From NCBI GenBank assembly GCA_965637545.1, contig OZ281496.1, forward strand, positions 13,144,001 through 13,208,000: DNA of 64,000 nucleotides, given 5' to 3'. Source of the stretch: Phallusia mammillata (Eukaryota). Of this stretch, positions 1-12,914 are shown piece after piece. Position numbers and translations under genes: made by a program. Below the pieces are notes generated by a model, which was not told where the DNA came from, did not search any database, and saw nothing but the letters and a program-made list of their open reading frames with translations. How positions within the stretch are numbered: the first letter of the stretch is position 1; each line of letters starts with the position of its first letter.

Positions 1-839
1 TGCATGATTAACTTGGCCCGCTATGACGTTACAAATAGCCATGTGCGTAACAGTAAAATTGGAAGGCCTTTGTCTGAATGTTGCAATGATTGGTTCATTT
101 TACTGTACAACGTGGTCGAGTGAGTTGACTTTATTACTGCATTAGGTAAATTCGTTTGTGTTGCGTTTTTAGAGACGAATAAGGCTAAATTAAATATTGT
201 GACGACTGACTAATTAAACTTCAAGTGAAGGCTGTTTCCCGTGATTGTCGGTGAGTGTTTTATTTGACTTGTGAACTAAATTAATTTATGGCTTTTATGT
301 GTGACTTATGGCATGCTGAATTTTCTATAGTGCTTGCAGCGATTGTTTCATCGTCTTGCAACTGTTGATACGTGTACTGTACCTGTTGACCTGTGTCGCA
401 AAATAGTTGGTAAGTTAGACATTGGCATTTTTGCGCGTTGACATATGTCAATGTGTTTCGTTTTCTTGTTTAGAAAACCGTTCCCGTCTTCGTTCCCGTT
501 TTCGTTCTCAACCCTGTTTCTGTCCGTTCCTGATTGTGTACGACGTTGTGGTTGTTGCCGCTGTTGTCGCTGTGGATTATTACACGTGATTCGGGAAGTG
601 TGATTTGTGTGGGAAAGGGCGGGGCGTGTTTCAACGTGACAAACCCCTTTGTGAGGCTCAGCCTTGCAGGTCGGCCGTTCAGAGTCTACAACAATTGTTG
701 TCTTCTTTGAGCTGAATTTCTTCTAATTGTTCTTCTAGATCTCCCTGGTAAATAAAAAAAAAGGGTTAATACAAAAAACTGTAATCTTTTACGTTTCTGG
801 CATGTAAAAGTTTCATAATAACCTGTTATATTGAAGAAG

Positions 840-1735
840 CAAAGATTGTCGGTCCAGTAGAGGGTGAGGGCAGTTCTTCGGCCTGGCCAGTGGTTTGAGA
901 TGTTGATGGTTGTGTAGGGTCATGAAAGACTTGGCTGGTTTGGGGCTGTTGTTGGGAGCGGCCAGTGGTTTATGATGTTGATGGTTGTGTATGATTATGA
1001 AAGACTTGGCTGGTTTGGGGCTGTTGTTGGGAGGGGCCAGGGGTTTGGGATGTTGATGGTTGTGTAGGGTCATGAAAGACTTGGCTGGTTTGGGGCTGTT
1101 GTTGGGAGCGGCCAGTGGTTTATGATGTTGATGGTTGTGTATGGTCATGAAAGACTTGGCTGGTTTAGGGCTATTGTTGGGAGGGGCCAGGGGTTTGGGA
1201 TGTTGATGGTTGTGTAGGGTCATGAAAGACTTGGCTGGTTTGGGGCTGTTGTTGGGAGGGATCAGGGGTTTGGGATGTTGATGGTTGTGTAGGGTCATGA
1301 AAGACTTGGCTGGTTAGGGGCTGTTGTTGGGATGTTGATGGTTGTGTAGGGTCATGAAAGACTTGGCTGGTTAGGGGCTGTTGTTGGGAGGGGCCAGGGG
1401 TTTGGGATGTCGATGGTTGTGTGGCGTCGTGAAAGACTTGGCTGGTTTAGGGCTGTTGTTGGGAGGGGCCAGGGGTTTGGGATGTTGATGGTTGTGTAGG
1501 GTCATGAAAGACTTGGCTGGTTTGGGGCTGTTGTTGGGAGGGATCAGGGGTTTGGGATGTTGATGGTTGTGTAGGGTCATGAAAGACTTGGCTGGTTTGG
1601 GGCTGTTGTTGGGATGTTGATGGTTGTGTAGGGTCATGAAAGACTTGGCTGGTTTGGGGCTGTTGTTGAGAGGGGCCAGGGGTTTGGGATGTTGATGGTT
1701 GTGTGGCGTCATGAAAAGGCTGGTTTGGGGCTATA
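840..1735. repeat. 75-bp G/T-rich minisatellite with 57-bp deletion-variant units
   Basis: Unit gggtcatgaaagacttggctggtttggggctgttgttgggaggggccaggggtttgggatgttgatggttgtgta, about 12 copies. Some units lack 18 nt (aggggccaggggtttggg). The array produces the repetitive ORFs 813-1298, 1371-1712 and 1447-1797. Confidence 0.95.
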
Positions 1736-1782
1736 TAAAACATACACCTATAAAACTTACTTTGAAAAAAAAATTCACTCAC

Positions 1783-1818
1783 CTTTGCAGCTGACAAAAC
1801 CGCTGGTACGGTATAAAT
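1783..1818 (-). CDS. Possible 36-nt micro-exon of an unidentified gene, with a second candidate short exon at about 1905-1940
   Basis: Minus strand reads ttttttag|atttataccg...gctgcaaag|gtgagt. Upstream, ttgcag|agaaaacgg...aaaagag|gtaaga. Splice consensus only; no homology evidence. Confidence 0.3.
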
Positions 1819-2400
1819 CTAAAAAATAATTGATGTATATTGAACCCTTAGGACTATGCAATACATAAAAACAATTTTACTTCACAATAAAACCCTAATC
1901 TTACCTCTTTTCTCTTGGTTTTAAGTTCCGTTTTCTCTGCAACAAACACAATATTTTGAATTATTTATATTGAACTTTTACATTAGCTATTTTACATTTA
2001 CCTTTTCCCCACCATTTCGCATACTTGTTATGTCATTTATTTTACAGTTGTTAAATGTAAATTTATCCATTTTCTGCTGAAATTACCAACGTAATGTAAC
2101 ATATTTTTCACACAAAAGTAAAAAGCCACACTTAAACGGGTAAGCTTGGTATTTTTTTCCTTTTAAGACGCTATTTTATGTTAGATATTTTTGTCACACG
2201 ATTCAAAAAGTAAAAAACACACCGGTAAACTTTTCTAATATAATACGCCATTTGGGCGCAAGTGTTCTTTGCGCCACCTATCGGAAATTAGACAGTTGTG
2301 TTGCGACGTCACGTGTTTTACGGTGTCAGTTTTCCATGGAAATGCAAATACACAGACTCGGAGCAGCACCCCCAGAAATTTTAGGCACGAGCCGCCACTG

Positions 2401-3183
2401 TTCGAAACTTTGGAGCTTGACCAAACTGTTTTGAGCCTTCTGAAGGCAGAAGCAGCTTTTCCGATGCGGGCATTTATGTCCGCCTCCACATCAGCATCTG
2501 TTGTAAACACACTGCCAAGATAGGTAAACCTTGTGATGTTGTTAATAGGCTCAATTCCATTGATAGTTAAATGTACGTTAGACTGAGTTTCCCCTCCAAC
2601 TCGAAGTAATTTAGTCTTGTCGCTGTTAATCGTCAGACCGGCTGTTGCTGCATTTTTGGCCAATGAGTTGGTCATTTCTTGAAGATCTGTCATCGACTGC
2701 GAGCAAGGCAATATCATCTGCAAAGTCGAGATCCGTAAGGCGCTTGTGGTTTGTCCATGAGATGCCGAACTGTGGATAGTTCATTGCCTTTCTCATCACA
2801 TAGTCGACAGTGGTAATGAACAGTAGGGGTGATAAGACACAGCCTTGGCGAACACCTGTGTTGATTCTAAAGAACTCGGTGTTTCCTGACTGAACTTTTA
2901 CGCAGCAGCTTGATCCTTCGTAGATGTCTTTAAAGGTATCTATAAACCTGAGTGGAACACCATATTTTTGTAGCACCTGCCATACAGTGTTGCGGTGCAC
3001 ACTATCAAATGCCTTCCTGAAGTCAATGAAGTTGACAAACAGGGGTTTCTGAAATGCAAGGCACTGCTCCACAATGTTCCGAAGCACAAAGATCTGGTCA
3101 CAACACGACCTGTTGTAACGAAAGCCTGTCTGTTCTTCTCTCAACTTCTCATCTAAGGATGTCTTTAATCTGTGCAGAAGCAT
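2401..3183 (-). mobile_element. RTE-clade non-LTR retrotransposon, reverse transcriptase fragment (frameshifted, truncated at both ends)
   Basis: ORFs 2626-3183 and 2235-2723 contain LREEQTGFR..RSCCDQIF, FIDFRKAFDSV, GVRQGCVLSPLLF, DLDFADDIAL, FTYLGS and INARIGKAASAF. Confidence 0.9.
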
Positions 3184-3784
3184 TAGGGGGTTGCTTTCGG
3201 TAAAAGCTCATTTTTGCCTTTGTTTATTGTTGAACGAACTTACTTAAATTGTGTTTGTGTGCTACGAGTTTAGCATGATGTGTACATACGGAAATTATTT
3301 ATTGATATAACCGCACTGACCCACAAACAAAAAGTTTGGGGCCAAAACCGAAACATTAATTAAGACTTCACACCTAAAACCTTACAATTGACTTGCTGAA
3401 TGTCAAAAGAGGTTAAATAATTTATTTTTCTTGTTTTACTTTCATTATGTCAAGCACTGTAAAGTTAACAGACTCGGGAGATCTACTTAAGGGTAAATAC
3501 ACGAATGTTTTAACAAATGCCAACCAAATGCTTTTGTGGACCACACTGTGTTTATTGTCTAGTAATCTAGTTACACACGAAACTGATTAGTTTAATTAAT
3601 ACGTTGCTGTTTGTTTGTTTATGACGTTTTGGTCTTCGGTAGCCGAAGCGACCAAATCACTAGCGCACAAGTACGTTTATTAACTCATACAGTTGAGCAG
3701 GTATGCTTACTACGCGTTTAATGTACATTTTTAATACAGTGACACGGTATTGTTATATGCGTTAAAGCGGCATATTTTTACTTT

Positions 3785-6583
3785 GAATCAGATCAAGTCA
3801 AGTCCAGTCAAAATTTTATTTGCATTGTCACTAAATCATCACAGATCCATTGTTGGGCAGTTGAGTAAACAGCAAGGACACCGAAAAAAAACGTGGGTTA
3901 TCGAGTCAAGTGTCCTGTTATTTGAATGTTGGTTGAAATCCGTTTTCTGGGTGTGTTCTGCCGTAGGATCGCAACCGACCGCACGAACCTGGCGGGGTAC
4001 GTCCGGTTGCATAAGACGGTGGTTGAACCCGCAGGTTCTGCTGGCCAAATGAAACCCGCCTAAACGGAAACACCAGCTCGGTTCCTGGGAACGTTTCCTG
4101 TGATCCCGGCAGACCCGGGTGTCCCGAGGACAGGTCGTTGCAACGATGAGAATGTTGCCGTCGAGCATCTCCTCCTCTGCGCTTGTAGGATCGATGGCGA
4201 GATCCCAGATGTTGTTCGCTGTGGAAGGTGCTGCACCGTCTTCGACCCGAATGGCTGATCTAAAAATACCGAATCCTACGGCAGTTTTTTGTTCTTTTGT
4301 GTGTGACTAAGTTATCTAGTTAATTGGTATGATATAACAAATAAAAGAACACACTAAAAGCAAAAAAAAGTGTAATTTGGTATGAGGGAACAAGCTGTGT
4401 TTTATGTAACCTTGAATGAGCGAGAAGTACTTATTGAGGGGTCGTATTGCTTCAATAGGTACGAGCGAAACCTTTTTTTGAAAGAGGACGAGCGTTGCAG
4501 AGACTTAATGTCGTGTGGTATTTCTTCCCATACTTTTGGACCTCAATGGCAAATTGATCTTGCGCCGATCGCGGTGTTTACCCGGGGATGAAAGTAATTC
4601 TCACTGTCAGCCCTTCTGGTGTTGTGGCTATGTACTGACGTAGTAGGTGTAAACAGGGAGTTGTATGTGGAAGGTAGTGCACCAGAATGAAACGCATGCA
4701 ACAATTTAGCTACTTTGAGGTGGTAAAAGTCATGGTATAGTGGGGTGGCGCGACATCGGTAAGTGCTGCGGGTGATGGCTCGCAAAATTTTGTTGTGTTT
4801 GATGTTGAGGGTTTTAACTGCTGCAGCGTATCCGCTACCCCAAGCGGCGACGGCGTATTGCAGATAGGGGTACGCAAAGGAGTAGTAAATCATGCGGAGA
4901 AACTGTTGTCCAAAGTAGTCACGCAGCTTGTACATGATATCGCAGGCTTGTGCTAGTTTTCGTTCCACATGAGCTATGTGTTTTTCCCACTTTAGCTGAT
5001 CGTCGATGTAAACCCCGAGGTATTTGTTTGCGTCGAACGCTGTATTTGCTGCGATCCTATGGAAATGGAAAACTTTTGCGTGTTTGCGCGCTTGGAAGGA
5101 CAAAACAGTAAATACGTTGTTTTACTCGTATTAAGCGATAATTTGTTGTGTCGCATCCAGTTATCAACGTAAATGAGTTCCTTGTTTACTTTCACCTGCA
5201 GGTCGTCTAGAGACCCTGATGACTTAAACACGTATCATCCGCGAAGAGTTTCGTTGTGAACTTGGATGCCGTTGGTAAATCGTTTATATAAAGCGAAAAG
5301 AGTAAAGGAGCCAGTGACGAACCTTGAGGGCAGCCACACGTAACGTTTAGCAGTTGTGATGTTACGTTTGCTATACGTGTGCATTGTTTGCGGTGACTTA
5401 AGTAACTACGGAACAGTTCTAAGGGGCTTCCCCGTATTACATACTGATGCTCCAACTTCCACAACAAAACCCTGTGATCGACTGTGTCAAACGCTTTTGA
5501 CAGGTCCAAGAAAATCGCACATGCGTATTGTTTTTGATCGAGAACAGCTAACACTTTTTCATGGATGTCGTAAATTGCCAGGGAGGTGGACCGGTTGCAC
5601 CGAAAGCCGTATTGGTGAGTTGTTAACATTCCCTTTTTTTCAACGTAGTCATACAAACGTTGATACATATTTTTTCAAAAGGGGATAGCAGTGAAATTGG
5701 TCTGTAGTTAGTGCATTCAACTTGTGAGCCTGATTTATAAATGGGTATCACTTCTGCTATTTTAAGTTTAGTGGGGTATTCCCCATGTTGTATACACCAG
5801 TTAAAAGTCTCTGAGAGCAGAGGTGAAATGATGCTTTTAACCATTTTGATGTATTTAATAGGAATTTCGTTACTGGGCACAGATTTACGACTGTCAAGAG
5901 TGGATATATACATTTCCACCTCATCTGGGATAGTGTCATAGAAGAAGAAGGATGATGGCTTTGTGATGGAGGAACAACTGGTTGTGGAATAGCTGATGCC
6001 ATATTTGGTCCGATGTTGGCAAAGAACTGATTAAAGTTGCTGGCAATTGTGACTGGGTCTGTGGTGCAATGTTCTATACCATCTAGCTTTAGTTCTGCAG
6101 GAGCTTTGGGAGAAGTTTGGTTTCGTGACAACAAACCATTATAATTTTCCACATTCCACCAATATCATTTCTATGGTCTGTTAGTTCTTTTTCAATGTAC
6201 CTATGTTTAGCTTCTCTCAGAATGTGGTTCAGCTTGTTGCGATATTGTTTATATTGGTTATGTTTACTTGTACTTGAAAACCCTGACCTACATAATGCAT
6301 GATACATTTTATTTTTAACTTTGATTGATTTATAAATACCCTTGCTTATCCAAGGTTTTTTGGCCAATTTTCTTCTTCTTCTAGTCATTGTGATAAGTGG
6401 TGCATGGTCTTGCAGTGTTTTGTTAAATATGTGGTTAAATAAAGTAAATCGGTGTAATATGGTTTCAGTTGACAGTGGTATGTTCATGACAGCATCTTTT
6501 ATGTCCGAGATAAAATCTTCATTGTGAAATAGGGTCTCATTCCTACATAGGAATTTTTCTGTTTCTATTTGAATAAGGTGTTT
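3785..6583 (-). mobile_element. CR1/L2-group LINE, 3' part (ORF2 linker, RT, 3'UTR); continuation of the element at 10972-12830
   Basis: Frameshifted RT motifs [45 protein letters not shown] and KYLGV. ORF2 ends W.EIP..IK..SFKK..YLL at about 4420-4540. AATAAA and a degenerate (cttga)n tail lie at 3785-3820. Confidence 0.9.
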
Positions 6584-9500
6584 ATAGAAGTACATGAATA
6601 CAATAATTGTAAAGTAAATAAGATTTGTGAATCTGTAAAATGTCTCCAACTACACCGAAGAAAAATGCCAGCACTTGCAATGTTTCAGCCAAAATGGATA
6701 TACTTATTTCCCAAATCAATCACAATAAAGATGAAATGGCTGCCAAACTAAATTCTGTCTTAGCTGAGCTGCAGACCATAAAAAAAGCCAAACATTTTTG
6801 TCAAATAAATATAATTTCATTGAAAAAAAACTACACGGCACAGAACAAGAATTAAAAACCATTAAAAAGGAAAATGTACAACTGAAAGAGGAAATGAAAC
6901 AACTGAAAGAAGATGTGGAGGCATGCAAAAATGAAGTAAATACACTGGAGCAATATAGCAGACGCGAATGTTTGGAGATAAAAGGTATCCCTCAAACCAG
7001 CAATGAAAGCACTGATGAAATTGTTGTAGCAGTTGCTAAACGTCTTGGTGTCACAGTTAAAAAAGAAAACATAAGACTTGGTTCATTGCAAAATCAACAG
7101 CGCAACAAACACTCCACACCAATAATCGTGAAGTTTACAAGCAGAAAAATTAGAGATGAAGTCTTCAATAATCGGTTTAAATTGTTCAAAACAAGTGTTT
7201 CTGAGGAAAATTCACACCAGTCACCAATATATATCAATGAAAGTCTTACAAAAGCAAACAAAAAAATGTTTTACCAATGTCTCCAATTCAAACGACAGAA
7301 TAACTATAAGTTCATTTGGACAAGAAACGGCACCATTCTGTTAAAGAAGGATGAAACATCTTCCACAATTGCTATCCATAATCAAGAAGATATTAAGAAA
7401 AACAGCATTCAAGAATCATCATAATTGTTGAAGCAATCCAATTAACTGGCAATCCAATATGTATGTATTCTTTTTTGTTTTTCGAACTTCCCATTGTTTT
7501 GATTTGTATGCACCTGGTAAAATACCCCTTATTGTCATTTCATCATTTGCATAAAGCATCACGCATCAATTTCGAACAAGATACCCCAATACATTCATGA
7601 CCAATATCAAAGAATCAAATTATTTGGATATAGAAGAGTTTAAAACACTAATACAAACCACTACTTCTAATGATTTAATATTACTTCAATTCAATGTCAG
7701 AAGTCTTACATGCAACTTACACATTATGGAAGAATTTCTGCATACAATTAATTTTGAGCCTCATATCATTGCAATCACAGAAACTAAGTTACATGCAAAC
7801 ACAACAAGCAACATTTCACTTAGTGGTTATACCTTTTTGCATGCTGATTCACCAACAAATGCAGGGGGTGTTGGAATATACATCAAAACATCTTTGCAGT
7901 ACCAGGTCACAACTCAATACCAATTTTACATGACAAAATGTGAAATCCTTTGGATTGAATTGGAGCTACACCACAAAAAAACTGTGGTTGTTGGGGTCAT
8001 CTACAGACACCCTGGTCCTGGCATCACATTCTTTTCAACACACTTTGAAAAGTGCTTGTTTGACCTGAATAAAAGAAATGTTACATATTACATTCTTGGA
8101 GATTTTAACATCAACAGTCTGGCTTCAACATCCACAATAACACAGTACAAGTTAATGACAACAAGTTTAAATGCACACATGCTAATTACAATTCCATCAC
8201 ACACTGCCCCATCAAATGCAATGTCAGCTATCGATCACATATACACAAATAATATAAATGATACAATTATACCAGGTCTCGTAACTTTTTGACATTTCTG
8301 ATCATCTGCCATCATTTGCCATTGTAAAAAAGACTAGTCCAATGCAATTGCAGCAGCTAAAACCGAGGAGGGACTACAGGCATCTTAATGTTGACAACTA
8401 CTTGTATGATGTGTATAGTATTGCAGAGACTATTCAAACAAATCAATCCATACACACAAAATTTGAAAATTTGATAACTGCATTCCAGCATGTAATTAAC
8501 CAGCATGTACCCATTACTAGTTCTTTTGGAAGATCTAAAAAACAAAGAAAACCATGGTTTACTAAAGGAATCCTTATATCAATTAGAAAGAAAAACAAAC
8601 TGTACAAACAATGTGTTACTATTGGTAAAACAAGTGACAAATACAAACAGTATGCAAAAAGGTTAAAAAATGCTATCAGAGCCGCCAAGCAAAATTATTA
8701 CAAAAACTTATTTCATACAAACTCAAATAATTCGAAAAAGACTTGGCAACTCATAAACAAAATTATTTCGGACAGACACTCCAGCACACCCCCAAACATC
8801 TCAAATAATCCATCTAAGTAGAACACTCACCAACCCAAAGCAAATAGCTAACACTTTTAAGTTACATTTTTCCAGTATAGGTAAAAACATGGCTTCAAAA
8901 ATTGCACCAACAACAGTTCTACCCAAATCTTATCTTCACAATCCCATTTCAAACTCATTTCAGTTTCATGAAATATACACAACAGAAGTGTACAATATCA
9001 TCCTTAATCTCAACGAAAATAAATCGACAGGGCCATATGATATTCCAATCCGTCTAATTAAGCTTGCAGCCCCTGCTCTTTCACCAATTCTTTGCACACT
9101 ATTTAATGAAGCCGTTCAGATTGGTTCATTTCCAAATTCTTTAAAAATTGCCAAAGTTATTCCACTTTTCAAAGCAGGTTGTGCCAAACAATTGGGAAAT
9201 TATCGCCCAATCTCCTTACTTCCGATCTTTTCTAAAATATTTGAGAAACTTATTTACAAGCGAATGGCAAGCTTTTTGGAAAAATATCATATATTAACAA
9301 AACATCAAAATGGATTTAGACCTTTACATTCCACAAACTTAACAATTGCTGAAATTCACGACAACTTAGTTGCTGCGAAGGATAAAAAACTTCACACTTG
9401 TGCTATATTTCTAGACTTAGCTAAAGCGTTTGACACAGTTAATCATGACATACTCCTCCAGAAGCTTGAACATTATGGGTTTTGGGGACACATAAACAAC

Positions 9501-10971
9501 TTTTTCAGAAGTTATTTACATCAAAGACAACAAAGCACTTTTTTCTCAGGAAACCAGTCAACATTTTGCTACATGACATGTGGCGTACCGCAAGGTTCAG
9601 TGCTCGGCCCACTTCTTTTCCTAATTTACATGAATGATCTTCCATCTGCATCCGAATTTGAAACGCGCTTGTTTGCCGATGACACCTGCCTCTGGATATC
9701 CACTTACAAAAGTTCAACACTTCAAATGTCCGTCAATACAGAGCTGACAAAGGTTGACAAATGGATGAGAGCAAATCAATTGTCCCTTAATTACACCAAA
9801 ACCAAATATATGTTGTTTTCTCCACACTCTGCTTCCTTAGATCTGCAAATCACTGTCAATGGTAGCGAATTGCAAAAAGCAAAGTCACTGAATTATCTGG
9901 GTGTGATTTTTGATGAAAGAATGTCTTGGGCTGATCATGTCCACTTCGTCAGAAATAAAATTGCTTCAGCTGCAGGGGTTCTCTCTAAATTAAGACATTA
10001 TGTACGATCATCAACGCTCCGTTGTGTTTATTTCTCCTTGGTGCATCCACACCTTTTATATGGGTTGCTTTCCTGGGGATTTGCAAATAAAACAACCATG
10101 CATCAGCTGTCAGTGATGCAAAATAGAATTTTAAAAATAATAACCAATAGCCCTCTTCGGACCTCAACCAATAAGCTGCACACAAAAACAAATATTTTAA
10201 AATTATATGACATGCACAACATTGAATTGGCCAAATTTGCATTTCAGTTTATACACAAAAGATTACCTTCAGCTTTTGACAATTTCTTCACTTTTACATC
10301 ATCAGTACAAAATTTTTTGTTCCGCGAATTCTTTCCAGTCGAGCCCAAAATACACTTCGCTACAAGTGCACAACAGTATGGAATAAACTCCCAAGTAAAA
10401 TAACCAGCAAAAAAACTGGTTTAAAAGGTTTCATGAATAACAGCAAATCCTTCATTCTGGCCAGCTACACATGAACATTACAGTACCATGAATTTCCATG
10501 ATTTGCTGTGCAATTGGCATGCACCACACCACGTGGTGGACTATTTACATTCCACGGGGTGTTTTGGTCTAGATTGATCACCGAAAATACAGTTAACTAA
10601 TTATGCCGCCAGACAGGCATGCAATTACTGCCCACAGAAAAGCAAACATCGTTGTTATTATTGCCCCACGCCTGTTTGTTTTCCACGTTGACTTATTTTC
10701 ACAAAGTTTCATGTCAATATTTTATTTATTTAATGGGAAAAAATTGATGTCGTTTAACGCAGTGCTCATTATTTTTCTTCTACTTATCGCAATGTGTACA
10801 TAAATTCGCCAAACACAAATAGATAGGGTCAGCTTGCAAAAATAGCCAATTGTGGTTCCAGCTGCACCCTTTTCGTCTCAACGCTTGTTTTATATGTTTA
10901 ACCGTATGTTATTCGTCTTTATTATTGTACGTAGGCGCTGAAACAAATAAACTAAATTGATTGATTGATTG
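6584..10971 (+). mobile_element. Near-full-length CR1/L2-group LINE (ORF1 6640-7424; ORF2 APE endonuclease plus RT about 7597-10440, frameshifted)
   Basis: ORF1 has a coiled coil and LEQYSRRECLEIKGIP...IYINESLT. The endonuclease has NVRSL, ITET, GGVGIY, GDFN and IDHIY. The RT has [23 protein letters not shown] and FADDT. The 3' end is aaataaa then an (attg)n tail ending at 10971. Confidence 0.95.
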
Positions 10972-12830
10972 TTTTATCACAACAAGTTGAATGCAGTAAC
11001 ACAAAAGTTGGCAAGTGGTCAGAAATGTCTGCAGTCAGTATTCCTGATTTGCAGGTAATATTTACATTGTTGGTGTAAAAGTGATCAAGAGTTTGGCTGT
11101 GGTTCGTTAAACGTGTTGGCTGACAAATTAATGGTGAAATGTCATAAATTTGCAAAGAATCTAAAAAGTTTTGAATGCTTTTTACTTTCTTGTATTGCAT
11201 GAGATCTATGTTAAAGTCACCACAAATATATACAGGATGGTTGGTATCACTGAGCTTATGCAAAATTAATGATAGTCCATCCTGGAACCCTTCAAATGAA
11301 TGTTTTGGGTGTCTGTATATTATTCCCAATATAACATTTTTTTGTTTCAATTTGAGTTGCAACCAAAGACTTTCCGAATCAGGGGAATTAAGTTCAATAT
11401 CTGATCTTATACTATATGAAATGTGTGATTTTATATAGACTCCTACTCCTGCACTATGTGAAGTATCAGTATGATGGAAATTATATCCCATTATATCAGT
11501 AGCAGTGGTTATGCCATTCAGGGTTATTCTAGTCTCAGATATCATGACAATGTCAGGGGATCTGACCATATCAGACAGGAATTGTTCTAAGGCAGGTTTG
11601 TTTTTTTCTCAGACTTCGAATGTTGGTATGCATTATAAACATCTCTTTGTTGCTAAGTTTTTTCAGGGCATAGTTCAAGGATGCACAATCATAGTAATCT
11701 GAATGGGTGTGATCACTGTTTGCTAGTAAACAGGGTGTATATGGTGTTTTTACCAGTGAAATGGAATTTACTAGCTCTGTGTTACTGACATTGCTAAATG
11801 GTAAATAAGACAAAAGGCATCGGGTACAAAAGTATGGGGTGTTATTGTGGAGATTATTTGTACATTTGTTGCATTTCATGTGGAAGAAAATTGGTAAAAG
11901 TTTTGGGGTTGACATAAAACAAGTGTTAACAAATCTTATGCCTTACCAAGTCTTTGTCGCTGTGGATGGCAGTGATGTTGCTGTTGTCATCCTTCTTCAG
12001 AAATGTCGCTCCACTCCTAGTCCAGATGTGATGGAATTGGTGCTCCCTCTGATACCGGAGACAGTTGTTAAATCTCTCACGGTTCTTCTTTGTCAAGCTC
12101 TCATTAATGAATATTTGGTTCACAGGGGCTACACCTTTGTTGGATTGTTTCAGTTTTTACCGGTTGGAATATATGGCATCTCTTACTTTCCGGCTCATAA
12201 ATTTGGCAATGATTGCCGGCCGGGGATGATCTTTAAAAGCTCTCCTAAGTCGGTGAGAGATGCTAATGTCAGGTTTGGTGATAGTAATCCCTAACCTCTT
12301 CACAGCAGAGATGACTAAATCATCTGTGCACTCAGTTTCCCCAAAGGGTAGTCCTTTAAATTCCAAGCACGGTCTCCGTCCATATTGCTCGAGATCGTTC
12401 AAGTTCTCGGCATTGGAGATGGTTTGTGCTTGGAGGTCTTTAACAGCCTTTTTGAGTTCCCTATTTTCAGTTTTTAAGATTTTCATTTCAGCTTCGTTGT
12501 TTACCAGCTGAGTTTTAATATTTTCATATTGTTCTTGCAAGAATGTTTGGCTCTTGCGGATCTCCCTGAGCTCGTTGATCAGTTCTTTTAGGGTTGAGTC
12601 AGTGGAGATTTTACTCTCCCGAACCTCATCCCTCAGGGATTCTATCCTATCAAGAACCACAGATTGTTCGTCCTTCTTTTTCCTTAATTGAGACATCTTG
12701 AAAAATATTCCTCGAGTTTTCTCACAAATTTTCAACAGATCAGATTTTTTATTTAAATAGAGTTACCTAAGCAACCTTTTTCAAATAGAATCTTCAGCTT
12801 AACAATGCAAATAGTCACGTGACATGCCCG
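10972..12830 (-). mobile_element. CR1/L2-group LINE, 5' part (ORF1 11926-12735; ORF2 PHD-like remnant and APE endonuclease)
   Basis: ORF1 contains LEQYGRRPCLEFKGLP and IFINESLT. ORF2 N-terminus has CNKC...CTRCLLSYLPF. The endonuclease has ISET, GVGVY, CGDFNID, LDHFY and DISDHLP, and is cut at 10972. Confidence 0.9.
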
Positions 12831-12914
12831 AGTTTCATCTCATGTTTTATAATCTCTTTGGTATGCTGCAGTAAAGCTTTAGTGTTTGTCTAATACATAA
12901 CTCAAATGCCTAAT

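Noticed and set aside
840-1735. CRISPR-like array
   Set aside because: Contiguous tandem units with no unique spacers, no cas genes, and a eukaryotic context.
3750-4310. GC-rich ORFs as LTR gag or a host gene
   Set aside because: They fall between the LINE ORF2 stop and its tail, so they are 3'UTR, and they contain no recognisable motifs.
6540-6660. Twin-priming 5' inversion of a single LINE
   Set aside because: The two sides overlap in RT coverage and are divergent families; nested insertion explains the junction.
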